A stretch of 64,000 nt of DNA, from assembly GCA_016839705.1 (NCBI GenBank), contig JAEOTR010000041.1, forward strand, positions 32,001 to 96,000, read 5' to 3'. The position numbers were made by a program, and so were the translations under genes. The notes beneath the pieces are model-generated. The model was not told where the DNA came from. It worked only from the letters and a program-made list of their open reading frames with translations, and searched no databases. This document shows, piece by piece, positions 1 through 9,936 of the stretch. The first letter of the stretch is position 1. Every line of letters begins with the position of its first letter. The stretch is from Promethearchaeota archaeon (GTDB lineage Archaea > Asgardarchaeota > Lokiarchaeia > Sigyniarchaeales > SOKP01).

Positions 1-791
1 AAATTCATTTTGCACCCTACGGTGAAATACTACTTTATCCTAAATTACTTAATTTAATAGAAAAACTATGGGGCATTGAGGGAATTGAAAGGGTTTCAAT
101 GCAAACTAACGGGTTACTCCTTAATCATGAAATAATTAGGCAATTGGAACACGTTAATCTTACTCGTATTAATATTAGCTTAAATTCTTTAAACCAAGAA
201 AAAGCGGGGTACTTAAGTGATTGTCAAGACTATACAATGAATTCATTGCTCAAAAACATTGAGGATCTTTTACACTCCAAGATAAACGTATTAATAGCAC
301 CTGTCTGGTTCCCTGGAGAAAATGATAACGATATTGAGGAAATTATTAATTATGTTATCGAGATGAGAAAACAAGGGTATACTGAAAAAGACCTTCAAAT
401 TGGAATTCAAAAATACTTGACGTATAAAACAGGAAGAAAGTTAAAAAAAATTAGACCAAAGAGTTGGGATTATTTTTACAAGCAATTATCTAGATTAGAA
501 AAGAAGTATGATATAAAATTAAAACTTGGACCAAAAGATTTCAATATTCACAAACGTAATAGTCTTAAATCTTTAGAATTTAATAAAAATGATATTATCA
601 GTCTAACAGTCATATCTCAGGGGCGTTGGGATAATGAATACATTGGCAGGATAAGTGAGAATTTAGGAATAAAATTATTAGTAAATAAGAAATTTTTTGA
701 TTTCAAAAATATCATCGGAAAGAATATTAAAGCAAAAATTATAAAGGCAAACTATAAAGATAATATTATGACCGCCATCTTTCCAATATAG
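1..791 (+). CDS. Radical SAM protein with probable C-terminal TRAM-like domain (5' partial)
   Basis: Frame is open from base 3 (IHFAPYGEILLYP...VSMQTNG); GE-x-L-L and QTNG motifs of radical SAM barrels; the CxxxCxxC motif would lie upstream of the window. Confidence 0.7.
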   Translation, partial: IHFAPYGEILLYPKLLNLIEKLWGIEGIERVSMQTNGLLLNHEIIRQLEHVNLTRINISLNSLNQEKAGYLSDCQDYTMNSLLKNIEDLLHSKINVLIAPVWFPGENDNDIEEIINYVIEMRKQGYTEKDLQIGIQKYLTYKTGRKLKKIRPKSWDYFYKQLSRLEKKYDIKLKLGPKDFNIHKRNSLKSLEFNKNDIISLTVISQGRWDNEYIGRISENLGIKLLVNKKFFDFKNIIGKNIKAKIIKANYKDNIMTAIFPI

Positions 792-998
792 ACTAGATCT
801 CTTTAAAAAGATTAAATCTTTGAGATAAAGAATATTTCTGGAATAATCCTATTAATTAAATACACCTAAAAATCCAGAAGACTCCAAGTTCTTTAAAATG
901 AATGATACTTATTTTGTTCCTTGAAATATTTTTCTTTTATAAGTGTATAATTATCATTTTTTTCAATTATTTAAAATTCAAAAAATTCAAACGAGAAA

Positions 999-2969
999 AT
1001 GAGCTTCAAATCGAAAGGTCCTAAATCACATCCCAACCACAGTCCTAAAGCTAATCCCGAACCCCCAAAACCCACCCCTGCAAAAGATTCAAAATCACCA
1101 AACCAAAAACCGAACCAAACGCCTAATCAAAACCCTAAACCCAAACCAAATGAAGAAACTAAAAATAATATTAACCCATCTCCACCAGACATTAATAAAG
1201 ATGCAAGAAATACCAACATTAACCTCATTTCTCAACCACATAAAGAATCTAGTAAACCCCTTACGAAATCCCCCCTCGAACCGAATAAGGAATCTAAAAA
1301 TAGAATTACACGACCTAAGTTCAAACCAAATCCAAATAATGGATCTAAAAATATCATTTCACGACTAATATTCGATCCAAATAAAGCATCCCCAAATAAA
1401 AATAAAATAAGAAGACCAAAATTTGGTCCGAATGATGAAGCTAAGAACAAAATAATAAAGTATAAACTTGAGCCAACAGAAAAACCTATAAATAGAATAA
1501 CAATACCAACATTCGATCCACATCAAAAAACTAAAAACAGAATTACACGATCAACATTCGATCCACATCAAAAAACTAATAACAAAATTACACGACCAGC
1601 ATTCAATCCAAATCAAATGGCTAATAATCGAATCACTAAAGCCAAATATTCTCCCATTACGAAAACAAAAAATGAACCTCAAAAACCTTCAATAAAAATA
1701 AATCCATATCAAACTAAAAGTCTGAATTTGGGTAAGAAGAGATATTCAGAAAAAGATGTTAGAAACTGGATAACACATTATAAGAAATGTAGAAATTATA
1801 AGAAAGTACAAAATCAATTACGAAAAAGTGGTCATAAAGTGCCTGCTATTTCAACTCTTAAAAATAGAATCAAGGAATTGATAGGGAAGGAGAAATACAA
1901 GGAACTCATGAAAAAATATACTTTCGATGATGCAATCAAAATTGCATATCAAGTTGGTATAAATAAAACTGGAGTACGTGGAAAAATTTTATCACGTCCT
2001 AATGAATTTAAAGGCGTTAAATCAAAATTATTATACCAATGTGGAAAATGCGACTCTTCACGGAAAACTACTTTAGATGCGATTATAAATAACAAAAGCT
2101 GGTGCCTAAAATGTGTAGCAAAAAGTCGAGTAGGTGCCCAGAGAGGTTCAATAGCAGAACATCAAAATATTATAACTCAAAAAGGTGGTAAATTAAAAGA
2201 AGTGATCTATGAAGATCCGAAAGAAAAACTTTTCAATCAAAGGGCAAGATTCAAAATTGAATGTGAAGCTGGTCATAAGTTTAATATTAATGCCCATAAT
2301 TTGAAACAAGGAAAATGGTGTAGGAAATGTAGTTACGAAGTTATAGGTGAAAAACTAAGAGGATCTTTCCAAGATATTCAAGCGCTTATTGAAAAAAGAG
2401 GTGGGAAATGTCTTTCTAAACCAGAAGACTACCAAAATCAACATGAAAAGTTAAAAATACTCTGTAGTGAAAACCATATATTTGAAAGCGCTCCAACAAA
2501 CTTTATAAGAGGTGATTGGTGTCCTCAATGTTCTCAAGGAAAATTTGAGAGTTTGTCGAGGAAGTTCTTCGAAGAAATTTTTCAAAAAGAATTTCCAAAG
2601 GAACGACCAAATTGGCTAGTAAATGCTCGGGGTAATCAAATGGAATTAGATGGTTATAATAAAGACTTAAAGCTGGCTTTTGAAGCACAAGGAGAACAAC
2701 ATTATCGTGCCGTAGCACACTTTAACCAGACTTTAAAGGATCTCAGACAAAGAAAAGAAGATGATTTGATGAAATTGGATCTATGTAAACAAAATGATGT
2801 TAGATTAATTCAAGTACCATATTATATACCTCCTAGTAAAATGCAACAGTATATAATTAATCAATACGAAAGCTTGTCAAATCAGAAATTACCAGATATT
2901 CCAGACGTAGACTATAATAATTTTTATGATACTAAAGATGATCAAAAAAAGATGGATAATTATTTATAA
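999..2969 (+). CDS. Low-complexity repeat N-terminus, repeated Zn-ribbon (CxxGH...WCxxC) modules and C-terminal PD-(D/E)xK/Vsr-like endonuclease domain
   Basis: P/K/N-rich N-terminus; CGKC..WCLKC, CEAGH..WCRKC, CSENH..WCPQC; ELDGY..LAFEAQGEQHY..DLMK..LC...IQVPY nuclease-like motif. Confidence 0.65.
   Translation: MSFKSKGPKSHPNHSPKANPEPPKPTPAKDSKSPNQKPNQTPNQNPKPKPNEETKNNINPSPPDINKDARNTNINLISQPHKESSKPLTKSPLEPNKESKNRITRPKFKPNPNNGSKNIISRLIFDPNKASPNKNKIRRPKFGPNDEAKNKIIKYKLEPTEKPINRITIPTFDPHQKTKNRITRSTFDPHQKTNNKITRPAFNPNQMANNRITKAKYSPITKTKNEPQKPSIKINPYQTKSLNLGKKRYSEKDVRNWITHYKKCRNYKKVQNQLRKSGHKVPAISTLKNRIKELIGKEKYKELMKKYTFDDAIKIAYQVGINKTGVRGKILSRPNEFKGVKSKLLYQCGKCDSSRKTTLDAIINNKSWCLKCVAKSRVGAQRGSIAEHQNIITQKGGKLKEVIYEDPKEKLFNQRARFKIECEAGHKFNINAHNLKQGKWCRKCSYEVIGEKLRGSFQDIQALIEKRGGKCLSKPEDYQNQHEKLKILCSENHIFESAPTNFIRGDWCPQCSQGKFESLSRKFFEEIFQKEFPKERPNWLVNARGNQMELDGYNKDLKLAFEAQGEQHYRAVAHFNQTLKDLRQRKEDDLMKLDLCKQNDVRLIQVPYYIPPSKMQQYIINQYESLSNQKLPDIPDVDYNNFYDTKDDQKKMDNYL
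1290..1660 (+). repeat. Intragenic degenerate ~45-48 nt tandem repeats (NRITRPxFDP units)
   Basis: 28-nt exact duplication caacattcgatccacatcaaaaaactaa at 1507-1534 and 1552-1579; repeated peptide units. Confidence 0.75.
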
Positions 2970-3058
2970 CTTGAATCTCCATTAATATTTTATCAGAAGG
3001 ATTTATATTAATCAATAGAATTAAAAAAAATTACATCATATAGGAGATCTAGAAAATT

Positions 3059-3682
3059 ATGAGCCCTATAATTACACATGAAGATGAATTAATGTTAGCA
3101 AAGTCTGAGAACGAATTAGTCTCGCAATTCAAAAAACTAGCAAGAGCTCAAAGTGCCTTGATCAGTTCTCAAAAAAAATATGCTGAAAATATCTCAAAGG
3201 CTAATATTACGCGAGAAATGTTAAACAGAATCTTCAGGGACGTATTAAAACAAATGCAAACTCTTGCTCGAGAGCATAGATCTAACATTAAGGATGAAGA
3301 AGTACAGTTGTATAAAGAGATAATTCAGCAAAATGATGAATATATTAAAGCAAATAATACATATTTGAATGCAATAAAAGATATAGCGATTCAAAAGGAA
3401 TATTTAGTAGCAAAGAAAGATGAGTTTGTGGAAGCGTTATCTGATCTCGCAGATAGAAGATCAACTGTAATTAAAAAAGCGTTAAATGTTGAAAAAGCAA
3501 AGAATAAACTAATAGATGGGGATAAATTAAATATTCTTGACCAAGAACTAAATGATGTTCAAAGAGATTTTGATAGAGCGCGTGATATTCTACTCAAGAA
3601 AATTCATCAATTTAAAGAAGTTCGAGAAGAAACTAATACCCTTTGGCTTAAATTAAAGGAAACTATAAGAGAATTTAGCTAG
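3059..3682 (+). CDS. All-helical coiled-coil protein, BAR-domain-like
   Basis: 207 aa of three long amphipathic helices; GGAGA RBS upstream; pattern resembles SNX/Vps5-type BAR domains by eye. Confidence 0.5.
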   Translation: MSPIITHEDELMLAKSENELVSQFKKLARAQSALISSQKKYAENISKANITREMLNRIFRDVLKQMQTLAREHRSNIKDEEVQLYKEIIQQNDEYIKANNTYLNAIKDIAIQKEYLVAKKDEFVEALSDLADRRSTVIKKALNVEKAKNKLIDGDKLNILDQELNDVQRDFDRARDILLKKIHQFKEVREETNTLWLKLKETIREFS

Positions 3683-3811
3683 TAAACCCAGTTCCTTCTT
3701 TTTTCTATATTTATAACACTCGACATATTATGTTTAGACTTAAGTTTATTAAATAGAAATATATATAATTAATAGAAAGATTTTAATTGAAATTATAAAA
3801 TTGTTAGAAAT

Positions 3812-4264
3812 ATGTGTGCAGAAGAATTTGCCTCTTTTTTAGATAATACAAGAAAAGCACCAATGGAAGAAAAATTAAGTGCCTTCGGTGACATAGTTGA
3901 AAAAATAATGCAAATCGTGCTAAAAATACCTGATTTAGTAGACCATAGTCTTCAAGATATCAATTCAAAGGTCTCAAATTTACAAAATCAATTGACTTCC
4001 ATAAATCGAGATATTTCATCACTAAAATCAAGATCTGGTGGTCCAACTGCTGCTATTCCTGCTGTTTCAAATGCACCTGGGGCTCTACCTGGAGGTCCAC
4101 CTGGAGGTCCACCAAGAAGTCCGCCACCACCGCCTGGTGCACCACCTGGGGGACCTGGTCCTGGTCCTGGTCCTGGTCGACCTGCACAACCAGTATCGCT
4201 AAGAGGTGCAATTATGGGTGAATTAAAAGAACTGTTTTCTCGTCGTAGACAGGCATCTGGCTAA
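3812..4264 (+). CDS. Coiled-coil, polyproline and C-terminal VASP-FAB/WH2-like helix protein
   Basis: Coiled coil, then PPGGPPRSPPPPPGAPPGGPGPGPGPG, then SLRGAIMGELKELFSRRR. Confidence 0.55.
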   Translation: MCAEEFASFLDNTRKAPMEEKLSAFGDIVEKIMQIVLKIPDLVDHSLQDINSKVSNLQNQLTSINRDISSLKSRSGGPTAAIPAVSNAPGALPGGPPGGPPRSPPPPPGAPPGGPGPGPGPGRPAQPVSLRGAIMGELKELFSRRRQASG

Positions 4265-4556
4265 ATTTTTGAGACTGAATGGGATGATAACAATCCTTTT
4301 TTAAATTTCAATATTCTCAGTAATTTTAGTATACTCTATAAATAAAAATTTGTCCCCTTTTGACCGAAGGATAGATACTCTTCACGTAAAAGGTAAGGAT
4401 TATGCCTAATTTGTTAAACAGGTAACCATTTTCAAATTTATTTATATTTAGGGCATTATTTTATGCGATAACCATGAATTAGTGTAATAAATAGTCAACT
4501 CTTAAGAAATTAGACTTAAAAACTACGAAATCAGGATTTAAAGTTGGATTAAGATT

Positions 4557-5135
4557 TCAAAACTCTAAAAATCCAGGATCATCAAAGATATCATCGATTT
4601 TTCTTTCCTTTTTTATTTTTGAATCACTTTCCGCAAATAAGGATTCCTCATCTGTTCGAACCCCTCGCTCTAATTCTTCAGTATCAAGTTTTAATATTGC
4701 ATCCTTTTCAAGTCGTTTATACTCTTCAGACTTCATCTTCCAATTACTAACTTCATCTAAATCTACATTATCTTCTTCTAAAAGTATTCCCGCCTTAACC
4801 TTACAGAGATCTGATAAAATAGAGTAAGATAAAGCCACGTCTCCCCATTCGTTATCTATTTTTAATTTTTGTACTCGTTTCTCTATTCTATAAAGCTCTT
4901 GATCAGCATAAAATATGTCTATAAAATCTCCAAATGCATCAACGGGTTCTGAAATTGAATTTACTAATACTTCCTTTGTCAATCCGCAATTTCCACATTT
5001 TACCGTAGCAAAGGCTCCTTTTTTCTTAATATCAGTGATTTTAACACTTTTTTCCCCACATTCTGGACAGGTAAAGATTTTAGGAACTCTTTTTACTCGT
5101 TTTGGTGAAACTTGCTTCCTTTTACGACGTCCCAT
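4557..5135 (-). CDS. elf1: Transcription elongation factor Elf1 with C-terminal extension
   Basis: MGRRKRK, FTCPECG...CGNCG, EPVDAFGDFID match Elf1; about 110 extra residues follow. Confidence 0.85.
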   Translation of the reverse strand: MGRRKRKQVSPKRVKRVPKIFTCPECGEKSVKITDIKKKGAFATVKCGNCGLTKEVLVNSISEPVDAFGDFIDIFYADQELYRIEKRVQKLKIDNEWGDVALSYSILSDLCKVKAGILLEEDNVDLDEVSNWKMKSEEYKRLEKDAILKLDTEELERGVRTDEESLFAESDSKIKKERKIDDIFDDPGFLEF

Positions 5136-5344
5136 TTTAATTATCTCCTAATACTGATATTTTCTATAAAAATGACTTTAAAATTTCTAATATATTAAAG
5201 AGAAACAAGAACTAAAAATTTTTGCTTTATCTTAAAGTATTTTAGTAGATATCGAAAAATTTTTTAGGAATGGATAATTAGTTAAAATACTCTTTTTTAC
5301 TGAAATGCTTTTACAGGTTAAAAAATAATGAGTGGATTTTAGGT

Positions 5345-6445
5345 ATGGAGCATAAAAACTTAACATTGGAAGATGATGAAAAGTTAATAGAGAATATTAT
5401 GAATGATCTGGAAATGAGATATATTGTTCTTTTTCTCTATGTAATAAGAAATGATTTACTTAAAGATTTGAGCGATAAAACTCTTATTGAATCCTATGAA
5501 AGAATTCTAGTATTAGATGAAATATATAAAAACAATATTGTTAACTTTTGGGAGGATGAATTTATTGATGTATATATTGATCTAGGATTAATAAAAAACA
5601 TTCGCAGTAAAAGAGAATTTGATCAAAAAGATGACGATTTTATGATTAAATTAGGGGAAGAAACAATAACTATTGAAGAGGATACGATTTCTGTTCCTGA
5701 TGATACATTATTTTTAATCATTAACAAAAAATTTAAGGATTTAACAAGGAGAAATTTTAATTTAGCTCTCACAAGATTAAAGGGAGTAAGGTGTGAAAAA
5801 AGCAGTGTTATACACTCATTAATATTTGAAATTGGCGAACATGATTACACACTTTCAAATGATTTGTATTATATTTTAGATCAATTTGGAAATATTTATC
5901 AAGCTATTAAAATAGAGATTACAATAGAAGGCTTTTATCAAAGATTTAAAGATATTGAGGAGAAAGTTAACGATTTCATTAAGATTTTTAATCCGGTGTT
6001 AAATACTAAACCCCTTTTAAAAAAAATAAATAGTGCTATTGCGGAAGATAAAGAAATTATAAATTACTTAAAGGATGAGAAGGTTGAACTCCCAGAAAAA
6101 TTTAATTTTGGGAAAATAAGTAGAGAAAATCCATTATTTAAGAATTGGAATTCACAATTAATCTCACTGCTTAAGTTAAGATATCAAATGATGCAAATTG
6201 AAGAAAGAATAGTGGGATTAAAAGGCAAGTATTCAGGTAAGGAAAAAGAATTTACATACCTTGAATTTGTTGAGCGGGTTACCTATAATGAAGATAATTT
6301 ATTAGATGATATTCAGAAATCATTAGTCGAGTATAGGAAAGAATTAGTTGAAATAAGTGAGCAAATTTCAAAAGTAACAAAGAAAGAAATAAAATTATTA
6401 AATTTAGATTATGAAAGGTTATTAATAACTAGTGATGATGACTAA
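5345..6445 (+). CDS. Hypothetical protein (possible winged helix plus coiled coil), first gene of 8-gene operon
   Basis: 366-aa ORF, 2-nt gap to next gene. Confidence 0.6.
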   Translation: MEHKNLTLEDDEKLIENIMNDLEMRYIVLFLYVIRNDLLKDLSDKTLIESYERILVLDEIYKNNIVNFWEDEFIDVYIDLGLIKNIRSKREFDQKDDDFMIKLGEETITIEEDTISVPDDTLFLIINKKFKDLTRRNFNLALTRLKGVRCEKSSVIHSLIFEIGEHDYTLSNDLYYILDQFGNIYQAIKIEITIEGFYQRFKDIEEKVNDFIKIFNPVLNTKPLLKKINSAIAEDKEIINYLKDEKVELPEKFNFGKISRENPLFKNWNSQLISLLKLRYQMMQIEERIVGLKGKYSGKEKEFTYLEFVERVTYNEDNLLDDIQKSLVEYRKELVEISEQISKVTKKEIKLLNLDYERLLITSDDD

Positions 6446-6447
6446 TA

Positions 6448-7416
6448 TTGAATTGCCCATCTTGTAATATTGAAATGAAGTCGTTAGTTGCTGGGATTTT
6501 TCAATGCCCGCAGTGTAAAAAAATTATTAAGGAGAAGGGAGAGGAAACTCAAGATCAAGAAAAGTCAAAAATTGAAATGGGAGATTTTTATGAAGGAGAA
6601 TATTTTCATAAAAATGCCAGTTTAAACAAACAATTTGAAATTTGCGAAAAAGGAATTATTATTGATAAAACAGGAAATCGCATATTTGCGGCATTAATTT
6701 GCCATAGTGCTTATTTTAAAGAGGAGAAATATGTTAGATTGTCTTGGTGGAAGAATTTTCAGCATGCGGGTATGTTTAAAATCTATGATAAAAATGTTCT
6801 TTCAAACACGATTAGTGCTTTAGAAAAAATCCAGGAAACTTTTAATGACATTTGGGATTGGAGTGGAAAATATGGGAAAAAAGAGCCTAAAACAGATGAA
6901 GAGCTGGAAAAAGAAAAGAATTTGGAAATCATCAAATATAGAATATTAGAGAACCGAACCTGTCCTAGATGCTTAAAAAAAATGGATAAAAAGAAATCTC
7001 ATTATGAATGTCAACATTGTGGTGAGATTGTTATTTTAGAAGGATATAATCAACCTATTTTTAATATTAGTCCTGAAGATCTTGATTTGCATTTTCATGG
7101 AAATTTTCCCATAAATTTTTATTTACCCGTTAGTGGAATAACCATTAAATGGCTAATGGGGGAATGGAAAGCCATAGTAGTTATATATTCAAAAGACAAC
7201 CCCAATAAAAAGTGGCTAAGGTTTTATTGGTGGGTAAGAGATCTGAGTAATATCTTAAAATATGGTCAAAGAGAAATGGGAGAAGGTACTCAAATGGGTT
7301 GGAAAGTTCAAAGAGGAATTTCATCACCAAATATTTATGATAAAAAACAAATTATGAAATTAATAAAAGCTCTTAGAAAAATATCAGCAGAATTGAATTG
7401 GGAAATCTCACAATAA
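6448..7416 (+). CDS. Hypothetical protein with duplicated Zn-ribbon plus PC4-like beta module
   Basis: CPSC..CPQC and CPRC..CQHC ribbons, each followed by YVRLSWWK or WLRFYWWV and IYDK motifs. Confidence 0.6.
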   Translation: MNCPSCNIEMKSLVAGIFQCPQCKKIIKEKGEETQDQEKSKIEMGDFYEGEYFHKNASLNKQFEICEKGIIIDKTGNRIFAALICHSAYFKEEKYVRLSWWKNFQHAGMFKIYDKNVLSNTISALEKIQETFNDIWDWSGKYGKKEPKTDEELEKEKNLEIIKYRILENRTCPRCLKKMDKKKSHYECQHCGEIVILEGYNQPIFNISPEDLDLHFHGNFPINFYLPVSGITIKWLMGEWKAIVVIYSKDNPNKKWLRFYWWVRDLSNILKYGQREMGEGTQMGWKVQRGISSPNIYDKKQIMKLIKALRKISAELNWEISQ

Positions 7417-7442
7417 TAATTATGTAAATTGGAGTTGCTATT

Positions 7443-8582
7443 ATGGAGGAAATTCAGGACACAACATGGAAAACATTAATGAAGGATTTTGAGAATGGCC
7501 TTGAAGTAGCTACAGCGGAATTGCAAAAACGAGATGTAGAAAATATTCCTGGAGCAAAGGAAGCATTAATTCAAAGGTTATCTAATATGAAACTTCATTT
7601 TCCCAAAAATAATGGAGAAATTTTTTTGAAATCGATAAATGAAACAATCCAAAACGCATTTTTCCCCAATACAAAAAACTTTACTGAGGCTTTTGAAAAG
7701 ATCTTGAAATCAAGAACTCATGAGCAAGATTTCATAATTAATGAATTACTAAATGGATTTGTGGCATCAAAAGCAAAGGCAATTGCTTCTGGTACGCAAG
7801 GACCAATTATAGATAGAATGGTTGAAGCTTTTAGTAAAAGAAGTGATTTTCATATTGTTGATTATCAATTTTTTGCGATGTTCGGGGATCCGAATAAACC
7901 TCGCCATTATATAAAAAAACAACTTGAAGAATTGGTGAATATGTTTGGACTCGTTTCAAAAGAACTTGTCATAGAGAAAGACGTGAGAAGGAGCGAGGAA
8001 AAGATATACACTTTTTATACTTTTCCCGATGATATCATAGGAATACTTGAAGAAAAATATTTAACAATCGATCCTGATTTGGGATATGCTTATGTATCTG
8101 AGGGATTTGATAGGAATGTCTTTATTTGTATGTTTCTTGCTAATATTACCATAAATAGAGATGATCTGGATAAAATTGGAGGGTCTTTTACTATTAATGG
8201 AATTTCTGCTATTTTTGCATTAATTTTATTATTAAGTTTTATGCCTAAACTATCAGTCGATGAAACAAATCCCATTTTGAATGATCCTAGTTTTGATGCA
8301 AATAACATGAGTGTTATTCCAAAATCTTGGATGATGAAACAAGTGTTGGAACCCTTATTTGACCCACTGATCAAAATCATCGCATATAGAGTGGGAGGAG
8401 GCCTTTGGTTATCAAAAATTATAGATTCTGAGATTAACAAAAAAATTCATCAACAAATAAGATTTCTTATTAAAGATGTAAATAAGTGGATCTTAGGAAA
8501 TTTATGTAGAGTCGAGATACCTATTTTTGTCGAAATCTCAAATATATTTACTGAAATTTTAGTAGGATATGATGAAGAATAA
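7443..8582 (+). CDS. Hypothetical protein
   Basis: 379-aa ORF with GGAG RBS, inside operon. Confidence 0.6.
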   Translation: MEEIQDTTWKTLMKDFENGLEVATAELQKRDVENIPGAKEALIQRLSNMKLHFPKNNGEIFLKSINETIQNAFFPNTKNFTEAFEKILKSRTHEQDFIINELLNGFVASKAKAIASGTQGPIIDRMVEAFSKRSDFHIVDYQFFAMFGDPNKPRHYIKKQLEELVNMFGLVSKELVIEKDVRRSEEKIYTFYTFPDDIIGILEEKYLTIDPDLGYAYVSEGFDRNVFICMFLANITINRDDLDKIGGSFTINGISAIFALILLLSFMPKLSVDETNPILNDPSFDANNMSVIPKSWMMKQVLEPLFDPLIKIIAYRVGGGLWLSKIIDSEINKKIHQQIRFLIKDVNKWILGNLCRVEIPIFVEISNIFTEILVGYDEE

Positions 8583-8608
8583 GATTATGAGGAGTGCCTA
8601 GTTTATAG

Positions 8609-9913
8609 ATGAGTTACCAAAAAAAAAGTAGTAGAACCATTAAACCTGGAAGGAAGAGAGAAAAGTGGACAGATATTCTTCCGAGATATCTAACATTCAT
8701 TAGCCATATGCGTCCTATATTAAGAGAAACTCGAAGAATCATAATTGAACTAGATGCTGATTTGTTATTCGATACAGAAATTTTAGATAAAATTCGTCAA
8801 GAGGAGGAAAAAAGAAATATTCGCAAAGTAAGAGCACTTTCCGAATTTTCAGCTATGTATAGATCAAATGTGTATGATATTATTAAAGATTTCATCATTA
8901 AATATCGAGAAGAAATTCAAATAATAGATATTAAAGATTATATTATAGAGTTTCTACATGAGTCTGTTAATGCTTTAAATGTCTTACAACACATAACTAA
9001 CCCTGATGAACGTGACATAGAGAATACGTATCTATATCAATTAGTAAAATTTATCGAAGAGATCATATTTCCCAGAGGTTCAAACTTAAAAATCATTTAT
9101 GAAAAGTTATTAGAAAATTCATTAAATTATTATGAATGTCAAAGACATATTTTACAACCCCATACTTATTATAGGGAAAAATTAGAGAGTCTTGATTATT
9201 TTGAAATTCCGGGAATATCACCAAAAGTATATCAAATTATTAATAACATTACCTCCCTTTACAATTTAGATCCTAATTTTGGGGAATTTCCTGAGAGGGA
9301 AAACCATGAAATCCCTATGATTTTAAAAAATGACGTCTTCTTGCCATATATTGATTCTATTGCCAATGCTGAGGAAGAAGCCATAGAAAGAATTGCTGAG
9401 CGATTAGGATTAAGATTAGTAGATGGTATATTTCTTGCACCACATGAGGATTTTGTAAATATTCTCCTTGAAAATAATTATCTACGTGAAAATAAGCAAT
9501 CAGATGGAAAAATAAGGTTGCTACCTCAATTCAGTAATGAAACACTGATAATTTATTATTTAGCTTTCTCATCACAGCGAAGAGGGTTTTTATCCAAAGA
9601 GTTGGTAAATTGGATTTCAATGAATTTTGCCTTTCTTGTTTATATGGGTATTCTGAAGTGGAAATTATCAGACGAGAATATTTTTTATACTATTTTTAAA
9701 GATTTACAAACAAATGAAAAGATATTACCATATTTAATGAAGCTTATATGTTTTCCTAATTATTTAGGAGTAGATAAGATGAAGATCAGAGATTCAGTTC
9801 AATATCGTAAAGAAATTTTTAATTTCATTGGATCTCAGATTGATAACCTTAAAGATTTTATAAATGAAATTGCTAATTTCTGTATGAAATTTGATAAAAG
9901 AAATAACGAATAA
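8609..9913 (+). CDS. Hypothetical helical protein
   Basis: 434-aa ORF with GAGGAGTG upstream, inside operon. Confidence 0.6.
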   Translation: MSYQKKSSRTIKPGRKREKWTDILPRYLTFISHMRPILRETRRIIIELDADLLFDTEILDKIRQEEEKRNIRKVRALSEFSAMYRSNVYDIIKDFIIKYREEIQIIDIKDYIIEFLHESVNALNVLQHITNPDERDIENTYLYQLVKFIEEIIFPRGSNLKIIYEKLLENSLNYYECQRHILQPHTYYREKLESLDYFEIPGISPKVYQIINNITSLYNLDPNFGEFPERENHEIPMILKNDVFLPYIDSIANAEEEAIERIAERLGLRLVDGIFLAPHEDFVNILLENNYLRENKQSDGKIRLLPQFSNETLIIYYLAFSSQRRGFLSKELVNWISMNFAFLVYMGILKWKLSDENIFYTIFKDLQTNEKILPYLMKLICFPNYLGVDKMKIRDSVQYRKEIFNFIGSQIDNLKDFINEIANFCMKFDKRNNE

Positions 9914-9936
9914 ATTATAATAAGAGTGGAGTAAAA

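Noticed and set aside
1290-1660. Repeats as a CRISPR array
   Set aside because: In-frame degenerate coding repeats with no unique spacers and no cas genes
4265-4556. ncRNA or small ORF between the polyproline gene and elf1
   Set aside because: No convincing ORF with a start and RBS, and no recognisable RNA motif
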